Assembly (NCBI GenBank): GCA_964016885.1
Contig: OZ024742.1
Span: 168,392,001 to 168,456,000 of the forward strand
Source: Eledone cirrhosa
Taxonomy: Eukaryota
Direction of reading: 5' to 3'
Length of the DNA: 64,000 nucleotides
How positions within the stretch are numbered: position 1 is the first letter of the stretch; each line of letters opens with the position of its first letter. Shown here piece by piece: positions 57,601 through 64,000 of this stretch. The position numbers and the translations under genes were made by a program. Below the pieces are notes generated by a model. It did no database searches and was not told the DNA's origin. It was given only the letters and a program-made list of their open reading frames with translations.

Positions 57601-60600
57601 CATTAAAAATCCATTAAAAATCCATTAAAAAATCCATTTAAAAAAACCATTAAAAAAAATCCATTAAAAAAATCCATTTAAAAAATCCATTAAAAAAAAA
57701 TCCATTAAAAAAAACCCATAAAAAAAAATCCATTAAAAAAATCCATTTAAAAAATCCATTAAAAAAAATCCATTAAAAAAAACTCAATCAAAAACCCATA
57801 AAAGAAACATTAAAACAGCATTTAAAAAATCCATTAAAAATCCATTAAAAAAATCCATTTAAAAAATCCATTAAAAAATCCATTAAAAATCCATTAAAAA
57901 TCCATTAAAAAATCCATTTAAAAAAATCCATTGAAAAAATCCATTTAAAAAATCCATTAAAAAATCCATTTAAAAAATCCATTAAAAAAAATCCATTAAA
58001 AAAAACCATTAAAAAATCCATTAAAAAAAATCCCATTAAAAATACATTAAAGGCCCATTAAAAACGCCATAAAAAATCCATTAAAAAAATCCATTAAAAA
58101 AAAACTCAATCAAAAACCCATAAAAGAAACATTAAAACAGCATTTAAAAAATCCATTAAAAAAATCCATTTAAAAAAATCCATTAAAAAATCCATTAAAA
58201 ATCCATTAAAAATCCATTAAAAATCCATTAAAAATCCATTAAAAAATCCATTAAAAATCCATTAAAAATCCATTAAAAATCCATTAAAAAATCCATTAAA
58301 AAAAATCCATTAAAAAAATCCATTAAAAAATCCATTTAAAAAATCCATTTAAAAAAATCCATTAAAAAAAATCCATTAAAAAAAAATCCATTAAAAAAAA
58401 TCCATTAAAAAAAAAATCCGTTAAAAAAAATCCATTAAAAACTCAATCAAACACCCAATTAAAAGGCCATAAAAGAAACATTAAAACAGCATTTAAAATA
58501 CCATTAAAAACGCCATAAAAAATCATTAAAATTGTTTTTTATGAAATTTATAATATGGCTTTTAATGAACTTTTTAATGGGCTTTTAGAATCATTAAAAT
58601 CCCATTAAAAATACATTAAAGGCCATAAAAAATCCATTAAAAAAAATCCATTAAAAAAATCCATTTAAAAAATCCATTAAAAAAAATCCATTAAAAAAAA
58701 CTCAATCAAAAACCCATAAAAGAAACATTAAAACAGCATTTAAAAAATCCATTAAAAATCCATTAAAAAAATCCATTTAAAAAATCCATTAAAAAATCCA
58801 TTAAAAATCCATTAAAAATCCATTAAAAAATCCATTTAAAAAAATCCATTGAAAAAATCCATTTAAAAAATCCATTAAAAAATCCATTTAAAAAATCCAT
58901 TAAAAAAAATCCATTAAAAAAAACCATTAAAAAATCCATTAAAAAAAATCCCATTAAAAATACATTAAAGGCCCATTAAAAACGCCATAAAAAATCCATT
59001 AAAAAAATCCATTAAAAAAAAACTCAATCAAAAACCCATAAAAGAAACATTAAAACAGCATTTAAAAAATCCATTAAAAAAATCCATTTAAAAAAATCCA
59101 TTAAAAAATCCATTAATAATCCATTAAAAATCCATTAAAAATCCATTAAAAATCCATTAAAAAATCCATTAAAAATCCATTAAAAATCCATTAAAAATCC
59201 ATTAAAAAATCCATTTAAAAAAATCCATTAAAAAAATCCATTAAAAAATCCATTTAAAAAATCCATTTAAAAAAATCCATTAAAAAAAATCCATTAAAAA
59301 AAAATCCATTAAAAAAAATCCATTAAAAAAAAAATCCGTTAAAAAAAATCCATTAAAAACTCAATCAAACACCCAATTAAAAGGCCATAAAAGAAACATT
59401 AAAACAGCATTTAAAATACCATTAAAAACGCCATAAAAAATCATTAAAATTGTTTTTTATGAAATTTATAATATGGCTTTTAATGAACTTTTTAATGGGC
59501 TTTTAGAATCATTAAAATCCCATTAAAAATACATTAAAGGCCATAAAAAATCCATTAAAAAAAATCCATTAAAAAAAAATTCAATCAAAAACCCATAAAA
59601 GAAACATTAAAACAGCATTTAAAAAACCCATTAAAAATTCATTAAAAAAATCCATTTAAAAAATCCATTAAAAATCCATTAAAAATCCATTAAAAATCCA
59701 TTAAAAATCCATTAAAAATAATCCATTAAAAAAAAATTCAATCAAAAACCCATAAAAGAAACATTAAAACAGCATTTAAAAAATCCATTAAAAAAAATCC
59801 ATTTAAAAAAATCCATTAAAAAAGCCATTAAAAATCCATTAAAAATCCATTAAAAAAAAATCCATTAAAAAAATCCATTAAAAATCCATTAAAAAAATCC
59901 ATTTAAAAAAATCCATTAAAAAATCCATTAAAAATCCATTAAAAATCCATTAAAAAATCCATTTAAAAAACCCATTAAAAAAATCCATTTAAAAAATCCA
60001 TTTAAAAAATCCATTAAAAAAAATCCATTTAAAAAAACCCATTAAAAAAAATCCATTAAGAAAATCCATTTAAAAAATCCATTAAAAAAAATCCATTAAA
60101 AAAAATCCATTAAAAAAAATCCATTAAAAAAAAATCCGTTAAAAAAAATCCATTAAAAAAAAATCCGTTAAAAAAATCCATTAAAAGCTCAATCCCATTA
60201 AAAACGCCATAAAAATCATTAAAATCCAATTAAAGATACATTAAAGGCCCATTAAAAACGCCATAAAAAATCCATTAAAAAAATCCATTAAAAAAACTCA
60301 ATCAAAAACCCATAAAAGAAACATTAAAACAGCATTTAAAAAATCCATTAAAAATCCATTAAAAAAATCCATTTAATAAAATCCATTAAAAAATCCATTA
60401 AAAATCCATTAAAAATCCATTAAAAATCCATTAAAAATCCATTAAAAATCCATTAAAAAACCCATTTAAAAAAATCCATTAAAAAAATCCATTAAAAAAA
60501 TCCATTAAAAAAAGCCATTAAAAAAATCCATTTAAAAAAAGCCATTAAAAAAATCCATTAAAAAAAAATCCATTAAAAATCCATTAAAAAAATCCATTTA

Positions 60601-63600
60601 AAAAAATCCATTAAAAACCCATTAAAAATCCATTAAAAAATCCATTAAAAAACCCATTAAAAAAAATCCATTAGAAAAATCCATTTAAAAAATCCATTAA
60701 AAAAAAATCCATTTAAAAAACCCATTAAAAAAAATCCATTAAAAAAATCCATTTAAAAAATCCATTAAAAAAATCCATTAAAAAAATCCATTTAAAAAAT
60801 CCATAAAAAAAACCCATTAAAAAAAATCCATTAAAAAAAAATCCATTAAAAAAAATCCATTAAAAAAAATCCATTAAAAATCCATTAAAAAAAATCCATT
60901 TAAAAAAAATTCATTAAAAAATCCATTAAAAATCCATTAAAAATCCATTTAAAAAAATCCATTTAAAAAATCCATTTAAAAAACCCATTACAAAAAATAC
61001 ATTAAAAAAAATCCATAAAAAAAAAAGCCATTAAAAAAAATCCATTAAAAAAAATCTATTAAAAATCCATTAAAAATCCATTAAAAATCCATTAAAAATC
61101 CATTAAAAATCCATTAAAAATCCATTAAAAAGCCATTAAAAATCCATTAAAATCCATTAAAAATCCATTAAAAATCCATTAAAAATCCATTAAAAATCCA
61201 TTAAAAAATCCATTTAAAAAAATCCATTAAAAAATCCATTAAAAAATCCATTTAAAAAATCCATTAAAAAAATCCATTAAAAAAAAATCCATTAAAAAAA
61301 AAATCCATTAAAAAAAATCAATTTAAAAAAATCCATTAAAAATACATTAAAAAAATCCATTTAAAAAAATCCATTAAAAACCCATTAAAAACCCATTAAA
61401 AATCCATTAAAAATCCATTTAAAAAACCCATTAAAAAAAGCCATTAAAAAATCCATTTAAAAAATCCATTAAAAAAAATCCATTTAAAACAACCCATTAA
61501 AAAAAATCCATTAAAAAAACCCATTAAAAAAACCATTAAAAAAATCCATTTAAAAAATCCATTAAAAAAAATCCATTAAAAAAAATCCATAAAAAAATCC
61601 ATTAAAAAAATCCATTAAAAATCCATTAAAAAAAATCCATTTAAAAAAGCCATTAAAAAATCCATTAAAAATCCATTAAAAATCCATTAAAAAATCCATT
61701 TAAAAAAACCATTAAAAAAAATCCATTAAAAAAATCCATTTAAAAAATCCATTAAAAAAAAATCCATTAAAAAAATCCATTTAAAAAATCCATTAAAAAA
61801 AATCCATTAAAAAAAACTCAATCAAAAACCCATAAAAGAAACATTAAAACAGCATTTAAAAAATCCATTAAAAATCCATTAAAAGAATCCATTTAAAAAA
61901 TCCATTAAAAAATCCATTAAAAATCCATTAAAAATCCATTAAAAAATCCATTTAAAAAAATCCATTAAAAAAATCCTTTAAAAAATCCATTAAAAAATCC
62001 ATTTAAAAAATCCATTAAAAAAAATCCATTAAAAAAAACCATTAAAAAATCCATTAAAAAAAATCCCATTAAAAATACATTAAAAATCCATTAAAAATCC
62101 ATTAAAAAATCCATTAAAAATCCATTAAAAATCCATTAAAAATCCATTAAAAAATCCATTAAAAAAAATCCATTAAAAAAATCCATTAAAAAATCCATTT
62201 AAAAAATCCATTTAAAAAAATCCATTAAAAAAAATCCATTAAAAAAAATCCATTAAAAAAAATCCATTAAAAAAAAAATCCGTTAAAAAAAATCCATTAA
62301 AAACTCAATCAAACACCCAATTAAAAGGCCATAAAAGAAACATTAAAACAGCATTTAAAATACCATTAAAAACGCCATAAAAAATCATTAAAATTGTTTT
62401 TTATGAAATTTATAATATGGCTTTTAATGAACTTTTTAATGGGCTTTTAGAATCATTAAAATCCCATTAAAAATACATTAAAGGCCCATTAAAAACGCCA
62501 TAAAAAATCCATTAAAAAAAATCCATTAAAAAAAAATTCAATCAAAAACCCATAAAAGAAACATTAAAACAGCATTTAAAAAACCCATTAAAAATTCATT
62601 AAAAAAATCCATTTAAAAAATCCATTAAAAATCCATTAAAAATCCATTAAAAATCCATTAAAAAAATCCATTAAAAAAAATCCATTAAAAAATCCATTAA
62701 AAATCCATTAAAAATCCATTAAAAAATCCATTTAAAAAACCCATTAAAAAAATCCATTTAAAAAATCCATTTAAAAAATCCATTAAAAAAAATCCATTTA
62801 AAAAAACCCATTAAAAAAAATCCATTAAGAAAATCCATTTAAAAAATCCATTAAAAAAAATCCATTAAAAAAAATCCATAAAAAAAAATCCATTAAAAAA
62901 AATCCATTAAAAAAAAATCCGTTAAAAAAAATCCATTAAAAAAAAATCCGTTCAAAAAATCCATTAAAAGCTCAATCCCATTAAAAACGCCATAAAAATC
63001 ATTAAAATCCAATTAAAGATACATTAAAGGCCCATTAAAAACGCCATAAAAAATCCATTAAAAAAATCCATTAAAAAAACTCAATCAAAAACCCATAAAA
63101 GAAACATTAAAACAGCATTTAAAAAATCCATTAAAAATCCATTAAAAAAATCCATTTAATAAAATCCATTAAAAAATCCATTAAAAATCCATTAAAAATC
63201 CATTAAAAATCCATTAAAAATCCATTAAAAATCCATTAAAAAATCCATTTAAAAAAATCCATTAAAAAAATCCATTAAAAAAATCCATTAAAAAAAGCCA
63301 TTAAAAAAATCCATTTAAAAAAAGCCATTAAAAAAATCCATTAAAAAAAAATCCATTAAAAATCCATTAAAAAAATCCATTTAAAAAAATCCATTAAAAA
63401 CCCATTAAAAATCCATTAAAAAATCCATTAAAAAACCCATTAAAAAAAATCCATTAGAAATATCCATTTAAAAAATCCATTAAAAAAAAATCCATTTAAA
63501 AAACCCATTAAAAAAAATCCATTTAAAAAATCCATTTAAAAAATCCATTTAAAAAATCCATTAAAAAAATCCATTTAAAAAATCCATAAAAAAAAACCAT

Positions 63601-64000
63601 TAAAAAAAATCCATTAAAAAAAAATCCATTAAAAAAAATCCATTAAAAAAAATCCATTAAAAATCCATTAAAAAAATCCATTTAAAAAAATCCATTAAAA
63701 ATCCATTAAAAACCCATTAAAAATCCATTAAAAATCCATTAAAAATCCATTAAAAAATCCATTTAAAAAACCCATTAAAAAAATCCATTAAAAAATCCAT
63801 TTAAAAATCCAGTAAAAAAAATCCATTTAAAAAAACCCATTAAAAAAAATCCATTAAAAAAATCCATTTAAAAAATCCATAAAAAAAAATCCATAAAAAA
63901 AATCCATTAAAAAAAATCCATTAAAAAAAAAATCCGTTAAAAAAAATCCATTAAAAATCCATTAAAAATCCATTAAAAATCCATTAAAAATCCATTAAAA
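42604..64000 (+). repeat. 27.2 kb tandem duplication, copy 2 (matches about 15391-36800, truncated by the window end)
   Basis: Private markers are shared with copy 1: AACAACATTT (17864/45077), GCCATTAATAAA (27562/54775), CCGTTCAAA (35753/62953) and TAGAAATATCC (36257/63457). Confidence 0.93.

Larger units (their letters stand above)
1..64000 (+). repeat. Tandem satellite array, monomer TCCATT(T)A(4-10) (minus strand T(4-10)AATGGA), open at both window ends
   Basis: The monomer repeats head-to-tail in every line. Common variants are CCCATT, GCCATT, TCCATA, TCCGTT, TTCATT, TACATT and TCAATT. There are roughly 5,000 monomers (estimate from a ~13 bp mean length), all in one orientation apart from the short inverted cassette cores. 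Confidence 0.99.

Noticed and set aside
1772-62500. CRISPR-like array with cassettes or landmarks as repeats
   Set aside because: The intervening sequence is satellite rather than unique spacers, spacing is irregular and kb-scale, and no cas genes are present.
1-64000. Protein-coding ORFs
   Set aside because: TTAA in nearly every monomer places TAA stops densely on both strands. I saw no long ORF or codon-like complexity.
1-64000. Human satellite II/III (CCATT/GGAAT)n identity
   Set aside because: Only the CCATT pentamer is shared. HSat2/3 lack the long A-tracts and 11-16 bp periodicity, so no family assignment is made.
1-64000. A-tract variation as pure sequencing homopolymer error
   Set aside because: Length series and marker offsets are reproduced exactly between distant copies, which random error would not produce.

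Overview
The whole 64 kb window is one AT-rich tandem satellite array with no recognisable gene, RNA gene, transposon ORF or CRISPR array. The basic monomer is TCCATT(T) followed by a variable A-tract (A4-A10), about 11-16 bp. G is almost absent from the + strand. The array is hierarchical. (1) Monomers have A-tract lengths that are copied faithfully between distant copies. (2) A ~200 bp diverged 'cassette' occurs 31 times, in three linked alleles. It carries a 56 bp inverted-orientation core flanked by a 12 bp direct repeat, and there are 9 further 'empty' versions without the core. (3) A ~6.2 kb higher-order repeat (HOR) has length variants of about 2.8-8.1 kb. (4) A near-identical 27.2 kb tandem duplication has copy 1 at about 15391-42603 and copy 2 from about 42604 to beyond the window end. 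This architecture is typical of eukaryotic centromeric, pericentromeric or subtelomeric satellite DNA. I cannot assign the organism, the satellite family or the function from the sequence alone. All comparisons were made by eye, so counts and breakpoints need computational confirmation.
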